NCBI GenBank assembly: GCA_046290225.1 | Contig: JBKAGE010000078.1 | Location: 477,049 to 541,048, forward strand | DNA length: 64,000 bases | From: Bradymonadia bacterium | Lineage (GTDB): Bacteria; Myxococcota_A; Bradymonadia; UBA7976; UBA1532 | Direction: 5' to 3' | Shown here: piece after piece, positions 43,949-52,991 of the stretch | Layout of the letters: each line of letters opens with the position of its first letter | How positions within the stretch are numbered: the first letter of the stretch is position 1 | The notes under the pieces: model-generated | What the model saw: the letters and a program-made list of their open reading frames with translations, nothing else | Database searches by the model: none | Told to the model about the DNA's origin: nothing | Translations under genes and position numbers: made by a program

Positions 43949-44877
43949 GGGGCGAAGCCCAACTTGAGGGCCTTGGGGTAGAGCGTGATCTTCGCCGGCA
44001 GCATCCCAGGCTGCTCACCGTCGACGTCGAGGCGCACCTGCTCGTCGCCGAGGGGCCAGGCCTCCACCACCGTGCCCCGATGCACGGTGATGTCGTCCAT
44101 CTCGACGTGGGTGCCCTTGTAGAGCCGAGGCATGTTGGTGGCAGAACGGATCGTGCCCAGATCGCCGAGGTTCACCACGTCGAAGGCGCCGTCGTCCATG
44201 GCGGCATCGGGGGCGATGTGCATGCCGCCACCAAAGTACTGGGCGTTGGCCACGGCGACGCTGTTCACGGGCCCCTCGTAGGTGGTCTCGCCGTCGATGG
44301 CGATGCGCACGCTCTGGTTCTTGTAAGTGAGACCCGCCCGGGCCACCCCGAGCATGAAGCTGAGCTTGCCGCCGAGCAGCTTGCCGCTGTTGTTCACCAC
44401 GTCGACCACCTTGCCGCTCAGGCCGAAGGAGGCCACGTTGATGAACCACCGCGCCCCAGGCTGGCCGTGATGATCGACGTACTCCACCCGGCCCACGTCC
44501 ACGGCCTTCACCGAGACGCCGATGAGGCTGATGGCCTCGAGGTGATCTTTGGGCAACCCCAGGGTTCGCCGGAGATCTCCCCCGGTGCCCGTGGGCACGA
44601 GGGCGAGCTCGGCATCGGGGGCCCGAGGCCCTTCATCATCGAAGAAGCCGTTGACCACCTCGTTGTGGGTGCCGTCTCCGCCCACGGAGACGATGCGGCG
44701 ATGACCCTCGGCGAGGGCCTCGGCCACCATGCCGGCGGCTTCGCCCCGAGCCTCGGTGAATCCGTGGCTGAACTCACCCACCTGGCTGCGCAGGGCGGCG
44801 GCGATCTCCGGCCAGCGCTGACCCGTACGGCCGCCGGCGCTGGCGGGGTTGATGCAGACGAAGGTGCTGATGCTCAT
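43945..44877 (-). CDS. Diacylglycerol kinase-family lipid kinase (YegS/BmrU-like)
   Basis: NPASAGG, GGDGTHNEVVNG, PTGTGGD, YFGGG, DGE. Confidence 0.93.
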   Translation of the reverse strand: MSISTFVCINPASAGGRTGQRWPEIAAALRSQVGEFSHGFTEARGEAAGMVAEALAEGHRRIVSVGGDGTHNEVVNGFFDDEGPRAPDAELALVPTGTGGDLRRTLGLPKDHLEAISLIGVSVKAVDVGRVEYVDHHGQPGARWFINVASFGLSGKVVDVVNNSGKLLGGKLSFMLGVARAGLTYKNQSVRIAIDGETTYEGPVNSVAVANAQYFGGGMHIAPDAAMDDGAFDVVNLGDLGTIRSATNMPRLYKGTHVEMDDITVHRGTVVEAWPLGDEQVRLDVDGEQPGMLPAKITLYPKALKLGFAP

Positions 44878-44931
44878 GGACCCTCTCGAAGATGACGCGG
44901 ACTGCGCTCGAGGGCCTGAGGAGACAGTGCC

Positions 44932-46068
44932 CTACTGGCGTTGCTTCAGAGCGTCATACACCAACTGGGACCAATGCACGATCTGATGGTGGGGATCATC
45001 CCCGGGATCTGAGGCGACGAGATGCCGCGTGCAGGTCATGTCGGCGGCAACGACGACCTCTGGGGCGTCTCTCATGCCTGGGGGCACGACGACACGGTCC
45101 CAGGCCATCTCTCTGGCCACCAAGGGGCTCGTGTGGGAGAGCCCGCCTCGGGCACCACAACACTTCGCCGGCATAGAGAGCTCCGGGCCGCCGGCGATCT
45201 CGATGACAACACCCACATGGGCCAGCAGATCGGCAACCGCGACGCGCTCAATGGCGCTGTGCTTGCAGCACTCCACCAGCCGGTGCGTCGGCCCCTTGAA
45301 GCCTCCGAGGATGGGGCCTGCGGGTTTGACTCTGGCGATGACCCACTGAAGGAGGGTGACGGCCCGGGCACACCCTGCGGCCACCAAGGCGTCGCGATCT
45401 TCCACCTCGAGGCAGATGACCTCAGATGACGAGCCCACAGCCTCTGCGACCCGGCCGGTCATTGCTCGCCCCTGGGCGGTGAGCCCGATGTGTACCAGCC
45501 GATGCCCGGTGGCGTGCATACCCCCTTGGGGACGATCTGGCGGATCGCCGCTCAGATGCTGAACCAACCCGATCGCCGCCTGACACTGAGCATCATCGGC
45601 CCATCCAGGCAGGAGGACGATCTCTCCCCCTTCGGACAACGCGTCGAAGGCAGGGCTACTCGGGCGATCTGCTTCGGCCCATGTGCGCAGCGCCTCGGGC
45701 ACCAGCCCCCCTGCAGCGGTCTCTGCTCGGGCGTCGGCCATGACCTCGGCGACGGGGATCTCGTGCTTGCAAGCCTGTGTACAGCGGCCGCAGCCCGTGC
45801 ATTGAGACCAGATGTCCGCCGTGGCCTGATCAAGCGGGCGCTGCCCCTTAAGGATCATCGCCCCTCGGCTCATCAGCCCCCACGGGGTCACCGACTCCCG
45901 ACCAGAGGCCGTGGCCACTGGGCAGGCGTGCCTGCAGAGCTTGGGGCAGTAGAGGCAAGTCTCCATGGCCGCGGCGTGGGCCTTCAGGGCTGTCACGATC
46001 TGAGCTCGTTTCTCACAGGGATGAGGATCAGAAGGGGCTCCCGGCGCGGAGCGGACGCTCAAGGCCAT
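44932..46068 (-). CDS. Fe-S binding protein (GlcF/GlpC-like)
   Basis: CxxCxxxCxxxCP and CxxCxxCxxxC ferredoxin motifs, plus a C-terminal CCG motif. Confidence 0.82.
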   Translation of the reverse strand: MALSVRSAPGAPSDPHPCEKRAQIVTALKAHAAAMETCLYCPKLCRHACPVATASGRESVTPWGLMSRGAMILKGQRPLDQATADIWSQCTGCGRCTQACKHEIPVAEVMADARAETAAGGLVPEALRTWAEADRPSSPAFDALSEGGEIVLLPGWADDAQCQAAIGLVQHLSGDPPDRPQGGMHATGHRLVHIGLTAQGRAMTGRVAEAVGSSSEVICLEVEDRDALVAAGCARAVTLLQWVIARVKPAGPILGGFKGPTHRLVECCKHSAIERVAVADLLAHVGVVIEIAGGPELSMPAKCCGARGGLSHTSPLVAREMAWDRVVVPPGMRDAPEVVVAADMTCTRHLVASDPGDDPHHQIVHWSQLVYDALKQRQ

Positions 46069-47290
46069 CGACGAGCACCCCTTCTGCCATGGGCTGCGAA
46101 TTCAAATGCGCCGACACTGCTGCGGCGATGTCGCCCCAAGGGTTCGACCCTCGGGGCACGCCGTTCACCGTAATCTGAGCGCCGGCTGCGCACCAGGCCT
46201 CGATCTGCGCGTCGTCGGGGACCACCTCGGAGAACATGATCCCTCCGCCGGTGTCGAGCCCCCAGAGGGCGCCACCCTCCACTTGGGGCGCAAGGGTCTC
46301 GAGCTGATGACGTGGGATCCAGAGGACCACAGCAGGTGGCGGAGTAGCCACGTCGTCCTTCACCGCCGGATCAGGGGTGATCGTGGGGAAGATCTCGTCG
46401 GCGAAGGCGGCGATTTGATCGCGATCCCAGGTCTTGCCGGCGCCCGCGTACATGTAGCTCGAGGCCAGCTCGCCATCCATGGGGTGATCTGCGAAGTCGG
46501 CCCACAGCGCCAAGGTGCCCTCTACAGGGGCCAGCCGCCACCAGCTGGGGGCAAAACCACGGCCGATCAGCTGCCACATGAGCTTGAGGCCCTCACCCCA
46601 GCTCTTCACCGAAATGCCGTGCAGGTCTCGCTTGCCGCTCTGAGGCCACGCCTGCAGGTACACTTCGGTGAGCAGCCCGTTCTGATGATCAGCGCCACGC
46701 ATGGCCCCCCAGAGATCAGGCCCCGTAGCCCGTCGAGGTGATGGGCTCAGGCGGCTCACGGCGCCTCGGGGCAGCACCGCGGCCCCGCCGAGGACGTGAT
46801 CGAGCAGCTGCCCGTATCGCGGCGACGGACGCAAGCGCTCATCGTGGGCCAGGGTCTCGGCGATGCTGCGATCGAGCACCCAGCGCGGCAATGGCCCAAC
46901 GGTGAGCCCTCGGCGCTGAAGCAGATACGCCAGGCGACGCCAACGGCTGCCGCTCTGCACATGGGCCACCTGGCTCTCTTCGTCGACCCCGAGCAGCGCG
47001 TTCATCCGGCCGAGGTTGATGAGCACGCACCCCGGGCGCTGACCCGGCACGTTGCCCTTGGGTAGGCCGATCACCGGCACGGTGTGCTGTCCGTCGAGCA
47101 AGGCCACGGCCCGGGCGGCGACCTCGGTGGTGTTCACGTGCACGAGACACCGCGGGCTCTCGTCATCGGGCTTGCGCAGCACCGAGACGTTGCCGGCGCC
47201 GAGGCGCGTCTGAAGCTCGTCCACCAGGGCATCTTCAGGGGGCGGCTGCCAGGGCGTCCTGCGGGTCTTCTCTTCCCATCGCCACCTCAC
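46028..47290 (-). CDS. Divergent FAD-binding oxidoreductase (GlcE-like partner subunit)
   Basis: 'INLGRMNALLGVDEES..AHVQSG', 'PRYG', 'PRRATGPDL'; lacks the C-terminal HG motif. GTGA-coupled to the upstream gene. Confidence 0.75.
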   Translation of the reverse strand: MRWRWEEKTRRTPWQPPPEDALVDELQTRLGAGNVSVLRKPDDESPRCLVHVNTTEVAARAVALLDGQHTVPVIGLPKGNVPGQRPGCVLINLGRMNALLGVDEESQVAHVQSGSRWRRLAYLLQRRGLTVGPLPRWVLDRSIAETLAHDERLRPSPRYGQLLDHVLGGAAVLPRGAVSRLSPSPRRATGPDLWGAMRGADHQNGLLTEVYLQAWPQSGKRDLHGISVKSWGEGLKLMWQLIGRGFAPSWWRLAPVEGTLALWADFADHPMDGELASSYMYAGAGKTWDRDQIAAFADEIFPTITPDPAVKDDVATPPPAVVLWIPRHQLETLAPQVEGGALWGLDTGGGIMFSEVVPDDAQIEAWCAAGAQITVNGVPRGSNPWGDIAAAVSAHLNSQPMAEGVLVDGLERPLRAGSPF

Positions 47291-48858
47291 GAGACACCTC
47301 CACGACCCCACCGCACATCATCGGCGTCGAACAGCTTGCCAGGGTTGAGCACCCCCTGTGGATCGAGGGTGGCCTTGAGCGCATCGAACCACCGCCTCGA
47401 CTCTCCATGCACACGCTGGAGGGCAGGCCCTCGGGCGAGGCCAACGCCGTGGTGGTGGGCGATGGCGCCCCCCGCAGCAGCAGTGGCTTCAAGAGCCGCA
47501 GCCCATGCAGCATCGTATCGACGCATGTTCTGCCCAGGATCCCCGGCGTGACCCACGAAGGTGAAGTAGATCGAGCACCCGCCGCGGTAGGCATGGCTGA
47601 AATGCGCCATGACCATGCCGAAAGGCGACAGCGCCGATCGTACGGCCTGATAAAGCGGCACGAGGTTGGACCACGTGGTCGCCACCTCGAAGGTGTCGGC
47701 GAAGGCCCCTGCGGTGTAGAGCTCTGATTGTTTGAACCCGGTGTCGTGGCGGTGGGCGAACCAGGCCTCCGCGGGCTTCGTGCCCAGCAGCTCGGCACCG
47801 TGGGCTTCGAGGGCGCCCTTCACCGTCTCCATGGCCAGGCCCGCCTCGGTGGTGTCCCCTTCGCAAACAGCAATGAGCGTGCACTTCCGGGCCAGCTTGC
47901 CCAGGGCGTTGATGGGCCCCGGACGCTTGAGCAGCCGCTTGAGCACTGCGTCTCGGGTGGAAGAGGCGCCGAGGATCGCTTCTCTGAGCTGGCCGAGAGG
48001 GCCCGACTTGCGCGAAGACCCGCCGCCATCATGGCCAGCGAAGAGGCTGTCGAACGGATCATAGAGCCGCAACACGGCAGGGGGCACGCCCCGCTGCATC
48101 ATGGCCGCCATGGCCTTGAGCCCGCTGTCGAGGGTGGGCATGCGCGCGGCGATGTACAGACGCCGTTGGGGCAGCGGGCACACCTTCAAGGTGGCTGCGG
48201 TGATCACACCGAGTGTGCCCTCGCTGCCAATGAAGATGCGGTTGAAGTCCATCGTGCCGGCGCCGAGGGCCCCCGCCATGGGGGTCTCCCGCACCACACC
48301 GTCTCCGGTGACCACCTGGAGCGACAGACACATGTCTTCGATCTTGCCGTATCGGCTGCTGCACTGACCCCCGGACCGGGTGGCGAGCCAGCCACCCACG
48401 GTGGAGCACCAGATGCTCGAGGGGAAGTGCCCAAGGGTGCACCCCGCTTCATTGAGGGCGTCCTCGAGATGTTGCCCGATCATGCCCGCTTCGACCTCGA
48501 CCACGCCTTCTTCGAGGCGCCGGATGGCCCGCATGCGCTTGAGATCGAGCACCACGCCGCCCCGCAGAGCCATCGCGCCCCCGCACACACCGCTGCCGGC
48601 GCCGAAGGGCACCAGCGGCACGCGATGTGCGCCGCAGATCTTCACGATCTCTGCCACCTGCTCGGTGGTCCGGGGCCAGAGGATGACCTCGGGGGGGGTC
48701 GGCGCCACATCTCCACCTTGAACGGCGAGCAGGCTCCGGGGCCAGAGATCACGGGCGTAGGCCGTTCGCTCAGCCTCTGCCGTCGCCAGACCCTCGGGGC
48801 CCACCACGGCGCTCAGCTGTTCGAGCACGACCGACCATGGGGCACGGGCCCCACTCAT
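47287..48858 (-). CDS. FAD-binding oxidoreductase, alkyl-DHAP synthase-like
   Basis: PFGAGSGVCGG, GHFPSS..STVGGW, YGKIED, GSEGTLGVIT, HFSHAY, HHHGVG, LNPGK. Confidence 0.9.
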   Translation of the reverse strand: MSGARAPWSVVLEQLSAVVGPEGLATAEAERTAYARDLWPRSLLAVQGGDVAPTPPEVILWPRTTEQVAEIVKICGAHRVPLVPFGAGSGVCGGAMALRGGVVLDLKRMRAIRRLEEGVVEVEAGMIGQHLEDALNEAGCTLGHFPSSIWCSTVGGWLATRSGGQCSSRYGKIEDMCLSLQVVTGDGVVRETPMAGALGAGTMDFNRIFIGSEGTLGVITAATLKVCPLPQRRLYIAARMPTLDSGLKAMAAMMQRGVPPAVLRLYDPFDSLFAGHDGGGSSRKSGPLGQLREAILGASSTRDAVLKRLLKRPGPINALGKLARKCTLIAVCEGDTTEAGLAMETVKGALEAHGAELLGTKPAEAWFAHRHDTGFKQSELYTAGAFADTFEVATTWSNLVPLYQAVRSALSPFGMVMAHFSHAYRGGCSIYFTFVGHAGDPGQNMRRYDAAWAAALEATAAAGGAIAHHHGVGLARGPALQRVHGESRRWFDALKATLDPQGVLNPGKLFDADDVRWGRGGVS

Positions 48859-50231
48859 GCAGGGGCCCTCAAGTGCCACGACCGGGGCACCAGGAAGGTG
48901 CGGATGCCTTCGAGGCCCAGGGTGGACCCGACGCCAGAGTCCCCACGGCCCGTCCAGGGCATGCGGGGGCTCACCCGATCACAACAGTTCCAATAGACCG
49001 AGCCGGCCTTGATGGTGCGCAGCAACCCCTCTGCCCGCTCGCGGTCAGGGGTGAAGACTGCGGCGGTGAGTCCGTATCGCGTGTCGTTCATCAATTCGAC
49101 GGCTTCAGCGTCGTCGGTGACCTTTTGAATGCCGATCACCGGGCCGAAGCTCTCCTCCACCATGATGTCCATGGTGTGGTTAACGTCCGCGAGGACCACG
49201 GGGTTGAACCAATGTCCCGGGCGATCGGCAGCGCCGCCCTCGACACAGAGTCGGGCCCCCTTGCTCACAGCATCTTCCACCTGCCCGGTGAGCACCGGGA
49301 TCTGCGCACCCCGAGCGAGGGGCCCGAGGTAGGTCCCCTCCTCTGTGGGCTCGCCGACGACAAAGCCCTTCACCTCTGCAGTGAAGGCCTCGACGAAGGC
49401 GTCGTAGATGGCCTGATGCACGTAGATACGCTCCACGGCGCAGCACGACTGGCCCGCGTTATAGAAGGCGCCATCCGCCGCAGAAGCCGCCACCGCAGCC
49501 ACGTCGACGTCGTCACACACATAGAGCGGATCCTTGCCGCCGAGCTCGAGCTGCAGGTGGGCGAGCTGAGAAGCCGCCGCCCGAGCCACCTTGACCCCCG
49601 TACCGTGAGATCCGGTGAAGAACACAGCATCTACAGGGGCATCGAGCAGGGCCGCCCCCACCTCGCCGCCGCCGACGATGGGGGTGAAGAGCCCCTCTGG
49701 TAGACCCGCCTCAGCCATCAAGCGCGCCATGTGCAGACCAGTGAGGGTGCTGTTCTCTGAGGGCTTGTAGAGCACCGCGCTGCCAGTGAGCAGGGCCGGC
49801 ACGTACACGTTGGTGCCCACGAACCAGGGGTAGTTCCAGGCCGAGATGTTCACCACCACGCCCAGAGGCTCGTAGGTGACCTGCTCCTCGGTGCCTCCAG
49901 TCTCCGCGGCGGTGGCCGCCGGCACGGGCTGCATCGCCTCGGCGATGTTCTGCAAGAAGAAGTCGATCCGGGGGCCGGTGGCCAGGATCTCGTTTCGAGC
50001 CTGGGTGATGGGCTTGCCGGTCTCAGCGGTCTGGGTCGCCGCGAGGGCGTCGGCCTGCTCGTCGAGCAACGCGCGGAACCGGGCGATGATCGACACCCGA
50101 GTCTCCAGAGCGGTCTGCGCCCAGGCCACCTGTGCTGTATGTGCGGCGGCGAGCTTCTCTCGGATGGAGGTCTCGGTGTCGGCGACCACCGTCTCGATGA
50201 CGGCGCCGGTGGCGGGGTTGAGGATGTCCAT
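48855..50231 (-). CDS. Aldehyde dehydrogenase
   Basis: AWNYP, KPSE, FTGS, LELGGKD, NAGQSCC, EESFGP. Confidence 0.96.
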   Translation of the reverse strand: MDILNPATGAVIETVVADTETSIREKLAAAHTAQVAWAQTALETRVSIIARFRALLDEQADALAATQTAETGKPITQARNEILATGPRIDFFLQNIAEAMQPVPAATAAETGGTEEQVTYEPLGVVVNISAWNYPWFVGTNVYVPALLTGSAVLYKPSENSTLTGLHMARLMAEAGLPEGLFTPIVGGGEVGAALLDAPVDAVFFTGSHGTGVKVARAAASQLAHLQLELGGKDPLYVCDDVDVAAVAASAADGAFYNAGQSCCAVERIYVHQAIYDAFVEAFTAEVKGFVVGEPTEEGTYLGPLARGAQIPVLTGQVEDAVSKGARLCVEGGAADRPGHWFNPVVLADVNHTMDIMVEESFGPVIGIQKVTDDAEAVELMNDTRYGLTAAVFTPDRERAEGLLRTIKAGSVYWNCCDRVSPRMPWTGRGDSGVGSTLGLEGIRTFLVPRSWHLRAPA

Positions 50232-50265
50232 GGTCGTCCTGAATGTCGGGGGCCCGGGGCGGGCC

Positions 50266-51462
50266 TCAGAGGGCGCCCTGGAACAGGGCGGTGAAGCCAT
50301 CGGCGTCGACGGCGCGGGGGCCGAGGGGGTGGCACACGTCGGCGAGCGAGGCGGTGACGAGGGCGGGGATGTCCCCGGCTTCCACGCCGTGGTTGCCCAG
50401 GCCCACAGAGATGCCCACATCTTCGAGCAGCTGGTCGATCCAAGCGAGGAAGCCTGCAGCGGAGGCCTCTTTACAGCGAGCGGCCACGGCGAGGCGCTCG
50501 AAAGCCTCAGGCACCGCCACAGCGTTGTACGCCATGCACTGGGGCAGCATGAGGGCGTTGGCCAGCCCATGGTGCAGATCGCGCACGGTGCTCAGGGCGT
50601 GGGCGCAGGAGTGGTTCAGCCCCAGGCCCTTCTGGAAGGCGATCGCCCCCATCATCGACGCCTGCAGCATGCGCCCTCGGGCGAGGACGTGACGGGCGCG
50701 GGTGGCCTCGTCGAGAGCCTCCACCCCGCTGAGCATCACCTCACGTGCACAGGACACGGCCTCGGCGAGGTGCTGCGACACCAGGTACACGCCCTCGAGG
50801 GCGAGCCCGTCGCACAGGGGGTTGTCCCCCTTGGCGAGGAAGGCCTCCACGAGGTGTGTCAGCGCGTCCACCCCGGTGGCTGCGGTGACCTTCGGCGGGA
50901 GGCCCAGGTGCAGCTCGGGATCAGCGAGCACCACCACCGGCAACAGCTTGGGGTGGAAGATGATCTTCTTCACGTGGGAGTCGTTCTCGGAGATCACCGC
51001 GCTCCGCCCCACCTCGCTCCCGGTCCCCGCCGTGGTGGGGATGGCGATGATGGGGGGCAGCAGATCGCCATTGATCGGCCGAGCGCCGGGGACATCTTCG
51101 TAGTCGAAGAGCCGACCGGCGTGGCGTGCCATGACCGCCGCGGCCTTGGCCACGTCTACAGGGGCGCCACCGCCAATGGCCACCACACAGTCGGCGGTGT
51201 GGCCCTGGAAGGCCTGAACACACACGTCGACATGTGCCGCAGTGGGGTTCCCCTGCTCGTGGACCGCCTCGGCGACCTCAAGGCCCGCGTCGGCGAGGGC
51301 CTGCACCAGAGGGCGATACCACGACAGGGCAGCGACCCCGGCGTCGGTGATGATCAGCGGACGCTCGTGACCGAGCTCTCGGACCACGTCGGCGAGCGAA
51401 GACGCCACCCCGGGGCCAAAGCGAATGTCGGTGGGAAACCCGTATCGGGCGTTCGACAACAT
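50266..51462 (-). CDS. Iron-containing alcohol dehydrogenase
   Basis: GGGAPVDVAK, PTTAGTGSE, DALTHLVE, HSCAH, HHGLAN. Confidence 0.95.
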   Translation of the reverse strand: MLSNARYGFPTDIRFGPGVASSLADVVRELGHERPLIITDAGVAALSWYRPLVQALADAGLEVAEAVHEQGNPTAAHVDVCVQAFQGHTADCVVAIGGGAPVDVAKAAAVMARHAGRLFDYEDVPGARPINGDLLPPIIAIPTTAGTGSEVGRSAVISENDSHVKKIIFHPKLLPVVVLADPELHLGLPPKVTAATGVDALTHLVEAFLAKGDNPLCDGLALEGVYLVSQHLAEAVSCAREVMLSGVEALDEATRARHVLARGRMLQASMMGAIAFQKGLGLNHSCAHALSTVRDLHHGLANALMLPQCMAYNAVAVPEAFERLAVAARCKEASAAGFLAWIDQLLEDVGISVGLGNHGVEAGDIPALVTASLADVCHPLGPRAVDADGFTALFQGAL

Positions 51463-51516
51463 CAGCGGCTCCTCACTCCAAAGAGATGCTCAGATGAGTG
51501 CTTCAAAAAGAGATCC

Positions 51517-52902
51517 TCAAATGATCTCGAAGTATCGTTCCAGCTCCCAGGACGTCACCGCCTGGGCGAATTGTCGCCACTCCCACCGTCGAGTCTCGGC
51601 GAAGTGGTCCACGAAGGCGTCGCCGAGCACGGCGCGGGCCACGGGCGACGCGGCCATGCGCTCGGTGGCCTCCGGCAGGCTGCCCGGCAGCTTGGGTGCC
51701 CCTTCCACGGTGTAGCCGTTCCCCGTGACGGGGGCCGACTGCAACGTCAGCTTGTGCTCGATGCCGTACAGGCCGCTGGCGAGGGCGCCGGCGATGGCCA
51801 GGTAGGGGTTGATGTCGGATCCCGGCACCCGCAGCTCCACCCGATGGCTCTTCTGACCCCCGGGGATGACCCGCAGGGCCGTGGTGCGGTTCTCGATGCC
51901 CCAGGTCACTGTGGTCGGGGCCCACATACCCTCGACGAGGCGCTTGAAGCTGTTCACCGTGGGGGCGTACACCGGCAAGATCTCGGGCAGGCAGTGCATG
52001 AGCCCGGCGAGGTAGTGCTCGAACAAGGGGCTCATCTGGTGGGGCGCGTCGGCCTGATGGAACAGGTTGGACTTGCCCTCCAGATCCCAGAGGCTCTGGT
52101 GCAAGTGCCCACTGCAGCCCGGCAGCTCGGCGTTCCACTTGGCCATGAACGAGGGCACGATGCCAAAGCGCCGGGCGATGTCTTTGACGCCGGCCTTGAA
52201 CAACACCGAACGATCAGCGACCTCCAGCGCTGGGGCGGCGCTGATGGCGGCCTCGAACACCCCGGGGCCGGTCTCGGTGTGCAGACCCTCCACAGGTACG
52301 CCGAAGGCCTCCAGCTCGTTCATGATGGCGGCGAAGAAGGCCTGGTTCTCCTGGGCCCGCAGCAACGAGTAGCCGAACATGCCCGGGGTGATGGGCTGAG
52401 GGCGGTGGATGTTGCCGTCAGCGAGGCTCTGGGGCGTCTCTCGGAAGTTGAACCACTCGAACTCGGGGCCGAAGAAGGCGCGATAGCCCATGTCGGCGGC
52501 CCGGTCGATCACCCCCCGCAGCAGTCGCCGGGGGCAGATGGGCAACGGTGAGCCGTCGCTCTGCTCGAAATCGGCGAGGAAGAACGGCACGTCATCATCC
52601 CAGGGCACCTCTCGGAACGTGCTCAGGTCGATGCGGGCGTGGGCGTCGGGGTAGCCGGTGTGCCAGCCGGTGTAGGTGCTGTTCTCGTAGCACACGTCGG
52701 CGGCGTCCCAGCCGAAGATCACGTTGCAGAAGCCGAAGCCTTTATCCACGGCGGAGAGGAACTTCTCCGTGCGCACGTATTTGCCGCGGAGCACGCCGTC
52801 GATGTCCACCACCGCCAGCTTGACCCGGGGGCTCGAGGCACCCCGGATGCGATCGATGATCTGCTCGGGCGACAGAGGGGTCGAGGCTGTTCCAGCGGGC
52901 AT
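51517..52902 (-). CDS. Glutamine synthetase-like gamma-glutamyl-amine ligase (PuuA/GlnA4-type)
   Basis: DIDGVLRGK, GPEFEW, HTETGPGVFE, GCSGHLHQS, WGIENRT, RVELR. Confidence 0.92.
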   Translation of the reverse strand: MPAGTASTPLSPEQIIDRIRGASSPRVKLAVVDIDGVLRGKYVRTEKFLSAVDKGFGFCNVIFGWDAADVCYENSTYTGWHTGYPDAHARIDLSTFREVPWDDDVPFFLADFEQSDGSPLPICPRRLLRGVIDRAADMGYRAFFGPEFEWFNFRETPQSLADGNIHRPQPITPGMFGYSLLRAQENQAFFAAIMNELEAFGVPVEGLHTETGPGVFEAAISAAPALEVADRSVLFKAGVKDIARRFGIVPSFMAKWNAELPGCSGHLHQSLWDLEGKSNLFHQADAPHQMSPLFEHYLAGLMHCLPEILPVYAPTVNSFKRLVEGMWAPTTVTWGIENRTTALRVIPGGQKSHRVELRVPGSDINPYLAIAGALASGLYGIEHKLTLQSAPVTGNGYTVEGAPKLPGSLPEATERMAASPVARAVLGDAFVDHFAETRRWEWRQFAQAVTSWELERYFEII

Positions 52903-52991
52903 TCACACTCCCATCAGCGTCTGGCGACGTCTTGGTTCACACGATCGAGTGGGACTATATCCTGGGGGCAGCGACCGTCCAAAGAACCGTC

